Shown here: piece by piece, positions 12,599 to 24,564 of the stretch
Layout: the number at the start of each line of letters is the position of its first letter
How positions within the stretch are numbered: the first letter of the stretch is position 1
Assembly (NCBI GenBank): GCA_001662655.1
Contig: KV460255.1
Length of the DNA: 64,000 nucleotides
Source: Pseudogymnoascus verrucosus
Taxonomy: Eukaryota
Direction: 5' to 3' (one strand)
Made by a program: the position numbers and the translations under genes
Notes under the pieces: model-generated
What the model was told of the DNA's origin: nothing
Database searches by the model: none
What the model saw: only the letters and a program-made list of their open reading frames with translations

Positions 12599-13492
12599 AT
12601 GTCTATACCCTCAACTTCCACAATTTTCTCCCCAACACTTGCTCGCCAGGCTCTAGCTACTACAAAAGACTGGAATTACGTCGATGCATGGCTGTCTCGC
12701 CATTTTGCCCCAGGATCACCTCCGGCTTTTGAGCGTAACGCCGATACTCTTCGAGCGTTACTAGCCCTTGCTGCCGTCAACGAGTCTGTAGATGAGGAGA
12801 ATGACTTACTCTCCAAAGCCGATGCACGGTGCTTGTCAGAATTGCGCCAGAATGCGGAACCTGATGCTCGAAGAGATCTGCTAGAGAGCTTGGAAAGTAA
12901 ACTTACTACGGACGGTAAAAAGGGTTTGGACGCCCTCTCTGAGACTGCGGACGCCCTCAACCTACCGTTTGGAGACACAGAGCAAATGGCAACGCGCATC
13001 ATAAATTTGCATAGCACTGCATTCAGTCTCGAGCAGATTGGTGCCCGGATTGACGTTCTCATCAACCACATGCAGAGGGAACTGGAACTTGGGACATCGT
13101 TCTTAAAGGAGCTCGACAGTGACAAATATCAGTCGCCGCCAAATATGGGGAAACAGACAATGGAGTATCAGCGGAAAACAAAGCTGCTTGCTGCCAAGCT
13201 CCCTGAATTGCGCGAGCGGATTTATGCACTTGCGGCTTCTGGTACAATTAAACCGACCGTCCAAGACGTCGTGATTGAGGAGAAAGACTTTAGATCCATT
13301 GAGGCATTGGTGAAGGACCTGGAAGGACAACTTAAGAGTTACCATGGTTTGCCGCATGATACAGACCTGGCAAGGTTGGAATTGGAAACGTTAAGGGCAG
13401 AGCTGACGGTGTTGAAGAAGGAACGAGATGGCATGTTCGAGGGCCTAGTGGAGAGGGAAAGCCCCAAGAAGCAAAGGATAGCTAGGAGATGA
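12599..13492 (+). CDS. HAUS1: HAUS augmin-like complex subunit 1 family coiled-coil protein
   Basis: Single-exon 297-aa ORF. N-terminal V..WL...F....PP.FERN..TL..L..LA..NE and C-terminal Y.GLP.D...AR.ELE match the HAUS1 family as recalled. Confidence 0.75.
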   Translation: MSIPSTSTIFSPTLARQALATTKDWNYVDAWLSRHFAPGSPPAFERNADTLRALLALAAVNESVDEENDLLSKADARCLSELRQNAEPDARRDLLESLESKLTTDGKKGLDALSETADALNLPFGDTEQMATRIINLHSTAFSLEQIGARIDVLINHMQRELELGTSFLKELDSDKYQSPPNMGKQTMEYQRKTKLLAAKLPELRERIYALAASGTIKPTVQDVVIEEKDFRSIEALVKDLEGQLKSYHGLPHDTDLARLELETLRAELTVLKKERDGMFEGLVERESPKKQRIARR

Positions 13493-13569
13493 CACCACAG
13501 ATATTTATGATTATTTGAAACCTAAACGGATATATATAATATCTTGACATCGAAACCTAACCCGTAGGT

Positions 13570-16500
13570 TCATTTCCTTGCTTTACCTCCCCCTAGGCGA
13601 CCAAACTTCCCGAGCCCTGTTTTTGCCTTTGATGGGACCGGTGGTGGAGGCACCACAGCTTCCTTCGTCGCCGTCGGTGGCCCTGGCAGGCGAATTAGGT
13701 CTTTGAAGGCCTTGGAGTCCAATCCTGGGTCCTGGCTGCTTTCTGTAAACATGAACCCATCATCGAATTCGTTGCCACTCCTCTGTGCTCTCCGTGACTT
13801 CTCTTGTACGCTTCGGAACTTGTCTAGCAATTCTCCCCACCTGATCCCCTCGTCACGTCCTTTTAGGCGATTAGGTCTATCATATGTTGACTGGGCCGTC
13901 GTGGTCGGTGTACTATTCCTGGTGGCATGAGAATCTTATACGGGTTTGAAGGGAGGGGGGAGACAAAACGGTGAGCGCAGCAGCTCTTAGTTTGGAGGTG
14001 GAAGTATGGAAAATGTCACTTACGCTCGGGGTGCAATATGCAAGTACCCAATAGCACTGACGCTATTCAGTCTGTTTTTCAATGCCGCAAATGCGGCTGA
14101 TTGCGGGAGGAGCATCAGAAGTCCATACAAACATTTGTACAGATGCGGATACTTTTCCGGCTCCAATAGTTGAAGGCGAAGGTCTGTAAGGATTAGCGAA
14201 TATCTTTTGATACCTCGGAGATACTTACAAGTGAATACTGGCGACTCCAGCAACTGTACAAGCTTGTCGATCTGAATAAGCATATTAACGGTCATCTCTA
14301 ACTCGGCACTGAATGTGTTAGCATGGTGTAAGGAACGGCCCATTGAAAAACCACATACAATATCTGAAGAAGGTTGTAGGCCTGCTCGTATGCTTGCGCT
14401 AAGAGGCATAGGGAAAATGTAGCAACAGCATTGTAACACCAGGATCTAAAAATTGCTACGAAGAATGTCTGACCATCCTACTGCAGTGTTAGTTATCATG
14501 TGCTTGAAGGTACCGACGATAGGGATAATTACCCTTGTTTCCAAGTTTCGAAGGCGCTTCCGCAAGTCCGCCAATTCAGGGGCAGTGATGAGATTGTTGT
14601 TTAGGTTCTGGACCATGATGCTTGCGAACTCGATATCCTCTTCTTTCTCTATACAATCGGCCAAAGTGCGATATATCCGTTCGGCGCTAAGATTTTTGCA
14701 CAGCTGCCTGATGATAAGATTGCCTCGAGTCTCAAGCAGCTTCCTGTCAGTCGAAAAGAGCTGAAGTAAATTCACCATAAATGATGTAAAATAATCATCC
14801 TCGCTGTTTCTCGAGATTTGTGACAATAACTGAAGGTCTCTTGTAACTACGGCCTCGGCAGGATCTGAAAGTGTTTTGAGCAAGGCTGGAAACGTTCCGT
14901 CGTTGAAAGCGAGAACCTTGCGAGGTGCCTTCCTGTGGAGCATAAGTAGCCAAGTGAGAGCCGCTACTCTCGTAGCTTCGTGGTCGTTCAAAAACAGTAA
15001 TGTGAGTGAGTTTACCGCCGCAGCATAATCGAGATCAACGGTGGTTTGCTTGTTAGGGGTTGGTGACATTGTAGACCTTCCTGTGGGGGGCTGCGCGGTA
15101 GCATCCGGGAACCTCTTGGCTTCGAGTTCCTTAGACCCTGTCAACGACCCCCTATGTGTGGAATTGGACTGACTCCTATCGTTGTCCGTAGTCTCTCTTG
15201 CTGTAGACGTCGAGTTTCTCGAGGTCGATGGGGCGGTAGATACGTTCTCAGGGGGAACCTCTTCTGATAGTGATACTACGTACTCCATGAGGGACGTATT
15301 AACCCTTGCAGCTGCTTGTCTAATACTCTCAACGCTGCTTGCCATTGCGGGTAGCAAATGGGCCAGGATCTTCGGTGCAAAAGGTAACACCTCTTCCGGA
15401 CAAATGTCAAGAAATTCAACGATCCACCGAAGTGTTTCAAGCAGACTATCCTCTTCTATCCCGATGTTAGTATAACGGCCAGCATATATATTAGACTTAG
15501 CTTACCGAACTGGGAGTCGAGATTCTGGGTTAAAATCTCCAAGATTTCATTAAAATTAATCGGCACCTCCTGACCGGGTATCCAGTCATCATCACTGCTG
15601 GCAGCCTTCTCTTCGTTGGCTTCGAGAGATCCTTCTTCCTCATCGTTTTCAAACTCATCTAAACCACTTTCACTGTCTGTGGAGTCCGAGCGCTTCCTTT
15701 TCCCGCCGTCGCTACGGCTCTTTGATTTTCTGCTGTCTTGGATGCCCTTCTTAATACGTGATATCCGCTTTATTTCGGACAAAAATCTTTCCAGGGCTCC
15801 AGAAGTTGCAACATGGACGTCTCGGTTAGGGTCACTTAGAAACCGGAACAATCCACCGAGGAATTCAGGTAAATAGGTGACCAGCTCTAAATCAGGAATC
15901 GAATCCAGCAGAGTGATCCATCCCACCAAGAATGTGCGGGTGAACGGGTTCAGCACAAAGATCCTCTCCTTCAGGAGCGGGATAAAGCGGGCCAGAGAGA
16001 AAGCCATCGGAACCTGAATAGACGGTTCTGTGGCATCCTGGTCTGAATACTCTCCATCTTCTTCCGTGGTGTGCAGGATTGACACATACGTAGCAGCTGA
16101 TTCAGAGACGATGTCTTTAATCAGTCGATCCAATAGTTCTGCTCCGTTCTTGACGGATAACTCTGAGTCCGCACCCAACTGTTGTCACGTATTAATTATG
16201 TACTAAATATGGATAGAAGGAAAATTTTACCTTGCAGAGGGCATCGAAGATGTCGTTGAAGTAAGGCAACACCTCGCCCTTGGCAACCTTTGCAATATTA
16301 TACATGCTTTCACACGCATAATACCGAACCCGAGCATCCTGGTCAGTGAAGCACGCCAGCACAGGCGGCACAATCTCATCAAGATACCTCGCTAGATCCT
16401 GTGCCACATCGTCAGTTACAGAGCTCTTCAAGCATTTCATCGGCTTACGGGTCCCAAAGCAATAGCTGCAGCGGCGAGGCCAATCAGGCCACCGTTCCTG

Positions 16501-16731
16501 GCATGCGGCTGATGAACGGCATATGCAAAGTCATTGCAGAGTTGCTGAATGATCTTCTTAATCTTATCGTACTCCTTGCCAGCGGCAAGTTCCCTGATCA
16601 CCCGCTCGAGTCTGTTTTGAGGGGTTAGCACCAGTATCAGGCACCGGGGGGGTAATTACTTACTCAAGAGCGCCGACCTTTCTCTTGTCATAGAGCTTGT
16701 CATTTAGCGCTCTTTGGATACTGATATCCAT
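13570..16731 (-). CDS. VAC14: Vac14 PI(3,5)P2 regulatory scaffold (HEAT repeats); 9 exons
   Basis: ATG 16731 [23 protein letters not shown]; eight GT-AG introns reconstructed in frame. Motifs [65 protein letters not shown]. Confidence 0.95.
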
Positions 16732-17519
16732 AGTGACGAAAATAAGATGTTACAGCAAGCACATAGTGGAAGGGCTGCTGTGGATATACAGTGCCAAGGT
16801 ATATCAAAGGCCTGAGTTGGGCGTGCCTATTGCCGTCAAGACCGATCGATGCTCCGTGTGGTTGGCGGTATCTTTGAATAGGCCACGAATATGGCGTCGC
16901 AGAGTGGCAAACTTACGGCCTCATGTAGTCTCGTAAAGAGCCGCACGTTAGAGTAGAGACTGGAAGGCGCTTGTTTCCTAGGTTGTTGATACTCTTTTGC
17001 GGCGAACACACCTCGTGATATGAGTTACTACTATTGGAGTCTTATGTCACGGTACTGGACCTCTGCCAACTTCAGCGTGGTTGGATGGCTTCGCTTCACC
17101 CAGGAGCCAATGATAGCGGTCAACCAGGTTCCCGTACTCTACTACTTCCCAAGATCGTCTACTGCCCATAGTCCACGGTCACGAAATGAATATAAATGCA
17201 AAAATTACGCATAGGCAATATTATACTTATTGTGCACTTATAGGCGAACCCTGGAGAATCATAGAAATCATCGTCAATTCATGTTCTACATAGCAAAGTT
17301 CCAAGAAACCCACCAAGGTGCACGCACCAGCCCACACGGCAAAAGAAGCCGTCGCCTCCACTGTCCGTCTCCATTCCTCTAGAAAACCTAGCCTTATGGA
17401 CGTCTATGGCTAGCTACATGGAGTGCTATCCACATCAAATATGCATATGCTTTTCGTATCTAAATTAACAGCTCAAAATCTAATGGCTACCGGCCAAGGA
17501 AAGCCCATCCGTGGCGGCC

Positions 17520-19297
17520 CTAATGAGAGTGAAGGACGTCGCCCCTCTCAGCAATCGTCCTCTGGCATTTTGTGAGAATGGCGGCTTGCCTGCCGACTTC
17601 ATCCAGTTTGCTGATGACAGTTTTATTCCCGTCCACAAAGCCCAGCAGTGCATACGGAATCCCAGCATCGTTGCAAAATTCCTGGACTAGCTTTTGAGTT
17701 GCCCGAAGGTTGTGTCGAGGTATGCGTGGATAGAGATGATGGATTGCCTGAAATTGCAGCCCTCCATGGAAGAAATCGAGCCATTGCGGGCAGTCAACAT
17801 CCATCGTCGTGCGCAGCATCTTCTGGGGGAATGATTCCCGTGGTCCGTGGTCCATGGTGCTCATGGCAAAGTGTGAAAGGGTAATTTGGACATGAAGCGG
17901 CATCGTTATAATGTGGCTGACCATCAGGAACACGAAGCGATCCCAACCAGTGGGGATCGACTTGTATAGGATGAGATAGCCAAACCAATACCAGAAGAAT
18001 ACCTGGCCGACGCACTCCAGCCATCTTGTCCACCATGCAGGCCCCTTCACCGGGCCTTGCCCTAGTATAAGGAACTTCCACGACTGAACATAAAGGTTGA
18101 AGCGGCCCAGGCAGAGGATCGGATAGTATAGGTATGCTTGGTATGGCACCATAAACTTCGCGAAAGCATCAAAAGCCATGGTAGTTTGATGATAGGTGGA
18201 CCACAAGGACTCCAGAAATCTGTGTGAAATCGCGAATATCGGCATGTGCTGATTGTCTGGGTCGTGTTCTGGGTGGTTCGTGACAATATGGTGAACATTG
18301 TGTGTCCGTTTCCACCAACCGAGCGAGAGACCGCCGAGGAAATCAACTATGATGATGCCCATAGTGGTATCGAACTTGAAGTTGTGTGTCACAGCCATGT
18401 GGCCGGAGTCGTGCGCGGCGAAGAGCAGCTGGTGCCAAAACATCCCCAGAAATACTGCACTAGAAACGTACCAGCCATACTTTAGGCACACAAGCATCAT
18501 ACTGAACAAAAATGTCCATCGTAGGGCTTCGAGGAGGTACATCGCATAGTTGCAGTTGAACAGGCCCTCATCGTGAATGCGCTGTCCCAGAATCCGGTAC
18601 TTGCGAACAATCTCGTCCTGTGTGGCACCATCCAACGATGGATAGCTCGCATTGTCAATATCCAAAAGCTTCTTTGTTATATCATCCAGGTACGCCATGC
18701 CACTGTTGCTCTCGCTCTCTTCAACCGATGATACCGAAGAGACCGAGAGGGACCGCTGCATATCTGCATTCCTTCGGCGAAGCGTTGCCGTCTTCTCGGT
18801 ATCGAATAGTGGCGAGGGCGCCCGCGAGATATCGCTCGATTCAAGCTGGTCATCGGTATCTGGGCCATCACTTGCGGATTCGATGTAAGGTCGAAATTTC
18901 CCTCCTTGGTATGGGGGTAGGAAGTTCTCCCATCGGCCTTCAATTCTTCCAATCTGGTACCGGGACATCGATGCCCGGGTTTCCGCTGAGTGGACGCTGT
19001 AGAACGAGTACATTAGCATAGGCAATCAATAATTCTCCGGCTGCAATGGGAGGTCGAGGCTTACGAGTTAACCTCGTCCGTGGCATCTCGTCCAACCATA
19101 TGGAGGATGGCCAGATGGCCGCCTGGGTGATAGTCTATCCATGCATCGACCTTGATAACCTTTTGGTCGAGTATAATGATCTTTCTGCCGTCTGCAATCA
19201 ATCCCTCGATTTGTCTTCTTGAGTATAGCGTCTCCTTCCGGGCATTGGATTTGGGATTGGGATTCCCATTGGCGGACATTGTCCCATTGGCGGGCAT
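17520..19297 (-). CDS. SLD1: Cytochrome b5-fused delta-8 sphingolipid (front-end type) desaturase; 2 exons
   Basis: ATG 19297, HPGG heme motif, intron 19064-18997, histidine boxes HDSGH, HNVHH and QAIHHL. Confidence 0.88.
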
Positions 19298-19370
19298 TGT
19301 GCCAGTTGCACAGGAATTGAGAAGGAAAGACGCCTCGGAAGCCCCCAAAGCGCGTTCTGTCTTGGGTGGT

Positions 19371-19390
19371 GGGGGGGGGGGGGGGGGGGG
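19371..19390 (+). repeat. Poly-G homopolymer (20 nt)
   Basis: Twenty consecutive G, flanked by GGGTGGT. Confidence 0.95.
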
Positions 19391-19448
19391 TTGGAGGAAA
19401 GCCAAAATCGAGGATGTACAGGACAGGAAGCACGGGGCAGTGTAGTGA

Positions 19449-19484
19449 GTACAGTCAGTACAGTCAATACAGTCAGTACAGACT
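19449..19484 (+). repeat. 9-bp tandem repeat (RTACAGTCA), about 4 copies
   Basis: gtacagtca gtacagtca atacagtca gtacagact. Confidence 0.85.
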
Positions 19485-19907
19485 AAATATGTTGAATTGA
19501 ATGTTGAATTGTCGGTGAAACAATGGATTAGCAGATGAGAAAAATGGTGGCTGAGCCGACATACGAATGCATACAGGGTACACATTCCCACTCTGAGGAT
19601 GCTGATAGGTAGAGGAGGGGTTGTCGGCGGGTTGGTCGGGGGGGGTTGTCGTCGCGGGTCGCGGATCTCCGCCAGAGTGTTTGTTGAAGTGGGAAGAGTG
19701 GGATTGGGGTATTGGTATGCGGGTAACGGGTAACGCGTAACAGCTAGCTGGAGCTATTTTACAGGGGCACAGGTAACAGGCTATCAGGCTATCAGGCAGG
19801 CCACCAGGCAGGCCACCAGGCGGAGAGGGACGTTACAGACGCCAAGATTCACGTGCTACAGTACGATTTGTGTGTGAGATTCAGCCACCACCGTCAGCTT
19901 AGAGTAT

Positions 19908-19967
19908 GATACAGTAGAATACAGTACGATACAGTACGATACCGTACAATACAGCACGATACTATAT
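19908..19967 (+). repeat. 10-bp degenerate tandem repeat (RATACAGTAC), about 6 copies
   Basis: gatacagtag aatacagtac gatacagtac gataccgtac aatacagcac gatactatat. Confidence 0.8.
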
Positions 19968-21035
19968 TGTATATGATATAGTAAGACTATCAGGCTTATA
20001 TATGCTCCATTACACCGTCTAACACCCTCTAACAACCTACAGAATATCGACGGCAATAGACAAAATGCGACTATTCAGAGAAACCACTCCATACTGCAGT
20101 GCTATAGTAGCGGTGGCACAATCCATGTAGGCTCTCGCTGTTTTTAGCTCCCTCGCCAGTATCCAGAAAGGCAAGCAGTCCAGTGTTCTTTCGTGCTATA
20201 CGATGATACACCAAAGTCGCCCTCACCGACGACAACAACCCGCCGACAATCAACGCTGACGCCTTGACTTACTTGGCTCAGATGGTGTGCGGTGTGCAGT
20301 GTGCGCCCTACCTCGGATATTTGGGTATCAGAGCTCTATCCCACGGTATCTCCGATCCAGTGCCCTTCCAGACGCTGGCATGGCTGTGAAACTGGTCCAG
20401 ACGAGGTTCTCGGTGAGCGTTTCTGTCCTCTTTCAAATACCAATTCACAGGCTCCCAAGCCTATGGACCTCTTTCATTTCGTATACTCAGTGCTGTTCGC
20501 CCTGCTTTATTTTGTCTCATGCACTCCTCCACCGTCGTGGGGCGTGACTGCATGGCTCGCATGGTGTTGTGTAGCTCCAACTCCAAAGTTTGCTTCCCAG
20601 ATGCTGCAACCTTTTCGGCTGTTCTTCGTCTGAGCAGCCATACAAGTGGAATTACTCGCTGGGCCGTCTGAGCCTTCTGAGCCGTCTGTCTGCCTCAGTG
20701 GGTGGGCTTTCTCCGTTCAGGCAATCAAACACGCCCTCATCTGCCTTTGATACACAGGAAACAGTCCCCCTGTGCCGCTTACGCCCACCTAGAATCTTTT
20801 CTCGGCCGAGATTCTGCAACCTTCCGTGAAGGAAGGCTATTTGCAACCATGGCCAAGCGGTCCTATCAAAATTTGCAAGGAACATGTTCACGGCGATTCC
20901 TGCGGGCGACCTTATATTTCTTTACGCCTAAGTCCAGCAGTGCCACACGGTGCAACCCTTCCGCCTATTTTAGACAAGTCAGCAAGCATTACGACGATAA
21001 GCCCTCCCAAATGGGCCTTGGGGGCTATGTATATG

Positions 21036-21043
21036 TATATAAA
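21036..21043 (+). promoter_or_regulatory. TATA box upstream of the small Cys-rich ORF
   Basis: TATATAAA followed by a CT-rich tract, then ATGs at 21121 and 21166. Confidence 0.55.
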
Positions 21044-21120
21044 GCCCTTTAGTCAGTCGCCGCTTCAGTCATAGCCCATCCCAACCCTCCGTCCTCTTTC
21101 ACTGTCCGTAATTCGATCTC

Positions 21121-21513
21121 ATGTGCTGTCTTCTCCGTCGCGACAAGATCATCCAAAACAACACAATGAACGTAATCAACTCTCGTTATCCCTACCCACT
21201 CTCCCGGCCGCTTCTCGAGCCTCGCTACCCTACATCCCGCTCACTCGAACCCTACATGGGCAGTCGTTATGGCCTAGAGCCAGTTCGTCCCAGAAGCCGT
21301 GCCTACGTCAACTGTGCCTGCGGCTCTGCCATCTCACCTCTAGGCAACCATCTGTGCCGGACATGCGTACTCACAACGCATGCAGCAAACCAAGTTCTCA
21401 ATATTCGCGGTGGTGACCACTGTGATTGCCCGGCGTGCGATCTCGCAGGCCTCGACGACGACCGGGAAATCCGGGATGTTATGGGTGGCCGGGACTACTA
21501 TAGCCGGGGGTAG
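21121..21513 (+). CDS. Small Cys-rich hypothetical protein (130 aa, or 115 aa from ATG 21166)
   Basis: TATA box upstream, good ACAATG context at 21166, C-ending codon bias, CxC-x11-CxxC and HCDCPAC motifs. Confidence 0.55.
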   Translation: MCCLLRRDKIIQNNTMNVINSRYPYPLSRPLLEPRYPTSRSLEPYMGSRYGLEPVRPRSRAYVNCACGSAISPLGNHLCRTCVLTTHAANQVLNIRGGDHCDCPACDLAGLDDDREIRDVMGGRDYYSRG

Positions 21514-22166
21514 GCAGCTCCTTTTTTAATGATGATCTAGCCTCGAAACTGATTTGAAATATAGAAGCGATATCTGCCGGTCGTGCGGAAGAAGAAACTG
21601 TCCCCTGGATTGTCGTAATCGAGTATCACTAGCAGCACGATCTTACCCTGAACAATATACTTATATACGACGGGATGGGCGGCCGTTGGGTTCTCCACCA
21701 CCGTATCGGTGGCGCTGAGTTTTAGTGGATGGTTGCGGTGCTTTCTAGTTTACCATCTACACGCATTCTATCTATGGGCGTTTTTATGTCTCCTATAATA
21801 CGCTGGTATACATATACGCTAGGAATAGAGACAGGCTCCTTTGATCCAGAAGCAGCGGGCTGAGACGCCCAGGTTTTCACATTGGTGTGGGGGTTAATAT
21901 TTCCTACTGGAGTGGTATTGAGTTGGATGTAGGGATAATATCATCAAGTGCGCAATACCATCGAACTAGAACCAAATCGAATTTAATTATCTAGGTATTT
22001 GGGTTTTTGTTCTCGTGGGCCACCATAACATGCAACCCCTACCCAAAGTCCGGACTATATTACACAGTGATCACTGGTGCACCCCCCGTGCATCTACTCT
22101 CTACCAATCATTCCTCTTGCCCAGCCCACCTCGAATATGCAACACGGCACTCATGGATCCGGCTTC

Positions 22167-23913
22167 TTAGAAGTGGATAGCCTTGCCATGAGTTGCCATG
22201 GCCGCCTCCTTGAACGCCTCAGCGAGCGTGGGATGCGCGTGACATGTGCGGGAGATATCCTCACTCGACGCACCGTACTCGAGCGCCAATGTGCCCTCAG
22301 CAATCATCTCACCTGCATTGGCACCGATGATGTGAATGCCAAGGATGCGATCGGTCTCTGCATCAGCGAGCATCTTAACCATGCCCTCGGTGTCCATATT
22401 GGTCTTCGCTCTCGAGTTGGCGGAGAACGGGAACGTGCCGATCTTGTAGTTGATGCCGGCAGCCTTGAGCTCCTGCTCGTTCTGGCCAACCCACGCAACC
22501 TCGGGGTGCGTGTACATGACGGACGGGATGGCGCCGTAGTTCACGTGTCCGTAACCCTTCTTGATCCACTCGACGGCTGCCACAGCCTCCTCCTCGGCCT
22601 TGTGGGCAAGCATGGGGCCGAATGTGGCATCACCGATCGCGCGAATATGCGGGAATTTCGTGCGGAACTCAGAATCGATGACAATGCGTCCCTTGTCATC
22701 AACCTCGACACCGATGTTCTCGAGGCCAAGACCCTCGGTGTACGGCCTGCGGCCGATGGCAACGAGGACGACTTCGGCAGAAAGCTATGTTCTCAGTCAG
22801 CATACATTCAAGGTATCTCAAGAAATGGGGGACAGACCTCCTCTGCCTTTCCTCCTTTAGCAGCCTCAACGTTGATCTTGATGTTCTCACCAGAGGGGTC
22901 ACCACCAGTGACCTTGGTGTTGAGCTTGAAGTCAATACCCTGCTTCTTCAGCACCTTCTGCGCTTGCTTGGCGATCTCAGCGTCCATTCCTGGTCCACCG
23001 ATCTGTCCAAGGAATTCCACCACTGTAACCTTTGCGCCCAGTCTCGACCACACTGATCCCATCTCCAAGCCAATAATACCACCACCAATAACAATCATGC
23101 TCTCTGGGACCTTCTCAAGCGCAATGGCGCCAGTGCTGGTGATGATTCTCTTCTCGTCGACCTCGAGCCCTGGGAAAGGAGTCGCCTCACTTCCGGTAGC
23201 GAGGAGGATGTTCTTTCCGGTGTAGGTTACCTCTCCGCCCTCGTTGAGGTTGACCTTGACCTCATGCTCGCCAGTGAGCGTCGCGGTGCCTTTGACGTAG
23301 TTGACGCCGTTCTTCTTGAAAAGGAACTCAACACCCTTGGTGAGGCCAGAGACAGCGGTCTCTTTTGACTTCATCAGCTGGCCAAGGTTGAGTTTGACAT
23401 CGCCGACCTCAATGCCTCTGTGTTTCGAGTCGTGAAGGATCTGGTGGTATAAATGCGAGTTGTTGAGGAGAGCTTTCGAAGGGATACAGCCGACGTTGAG
23501 GCAGGTTCCGCCCAGTACGCCACGCTTCTCGATACATGTCACCTAATTGTTAATTAGACATGCTTTTGTCATTCGAACTGGGCGGCAGATTGCATACCTT
23601 CAGGCCCTCTTGGCCTGCCTTGATGGCCGCGACGTACCCGGCGACTCCGCCACCGATAATGACCACATCCTGCTCCTCTGCATTGTGTTAGTGAGGGTAT
23701 TCCCAACAGTATGTCATGTATGGCTACTAACCATTTTGTGTCGCGTACGTCCTCCTTGATAATCCCGCAATGGACGATGGGCGAATAACTGTTGGGAGGC
23801 TAAAGGAGCTGTCAGTTCGTGTCTCCAATTTGTCTGGGGTAATGGGAAACGCACGATGATTGCTGGAAAGCAGACCTCATGGTCGCCTTCGGGGCGAGGA
23901 TACTGCGAAACAT
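22167..23913 (-). CDS. LPD1: Dihydrolipoamide dehydrogenase (E3), mitochondrial; 5 exons
   Basis: ATG 23913 [16 protein letters not shown] (presequence-like). Introns 23854-23800, 23731-23678, 23597-23543, 22837-22785. Motifs [29 protein letters not shown]. Confidence 0.97.
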
Positions 23914-24564
23914 CGTGTAAATATGAAATCGTGATCAACGGATTCAATCACTGGTATGTTGGGGAATTTGAATGCTCTACTCGTTTCGTCAATTTTGTTT
24001 TGGGGTCGGTAATCATGGAAAGCACCAGACCGGAAGCCGGAACAAAAGGAGCCGGGCGATATCTGACGGAGACTTGGGCCCGATCTTGGGGAACTAATGC
24101 TATCGCTGCTGTTTCTCCAACTTTTATCATTTATTGGAGATTTATATAAGACGGTTTTAACGGACTCGGTCAACTAAAGCAGCAGAAGCCCAATATCGCT
24201 ATGTGAATATGGAGAAATAATCTTGATGATTTCTATATGCCTATAGAGTCTCAAACAGGTTTTGTTTTTCTGTTGAGTTTTTGTAGTCATCCTGGCCGAC
24301 GTTACCCGACGGACTTCAATGCGCGGGTGGTCCACCTAAATTAGTGATCACCTCACCGTCGATGGGCCTACGCCCGTTATATGGCGGTCGCTTTTAGAAG
24401 TCGTGTTACTATTTTTGATATTTGATATATTGACTCGTGAGCAACGGAGACGGACTCGCGTTTACATACATTTCTCGCCTCACACGCCCTACAATATGCA
24501 CTCATACTGCGCATGGTTTATAGGCGCGCCTGGAACACCGCCAGAACTTGGCGCCGCCACAATC

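Noticed and set aside
22077..23225. 382-aa plus-strand ORF
   Set aside because: Antisense to the strongly codon-biased LPD1; no recognisable motifs.
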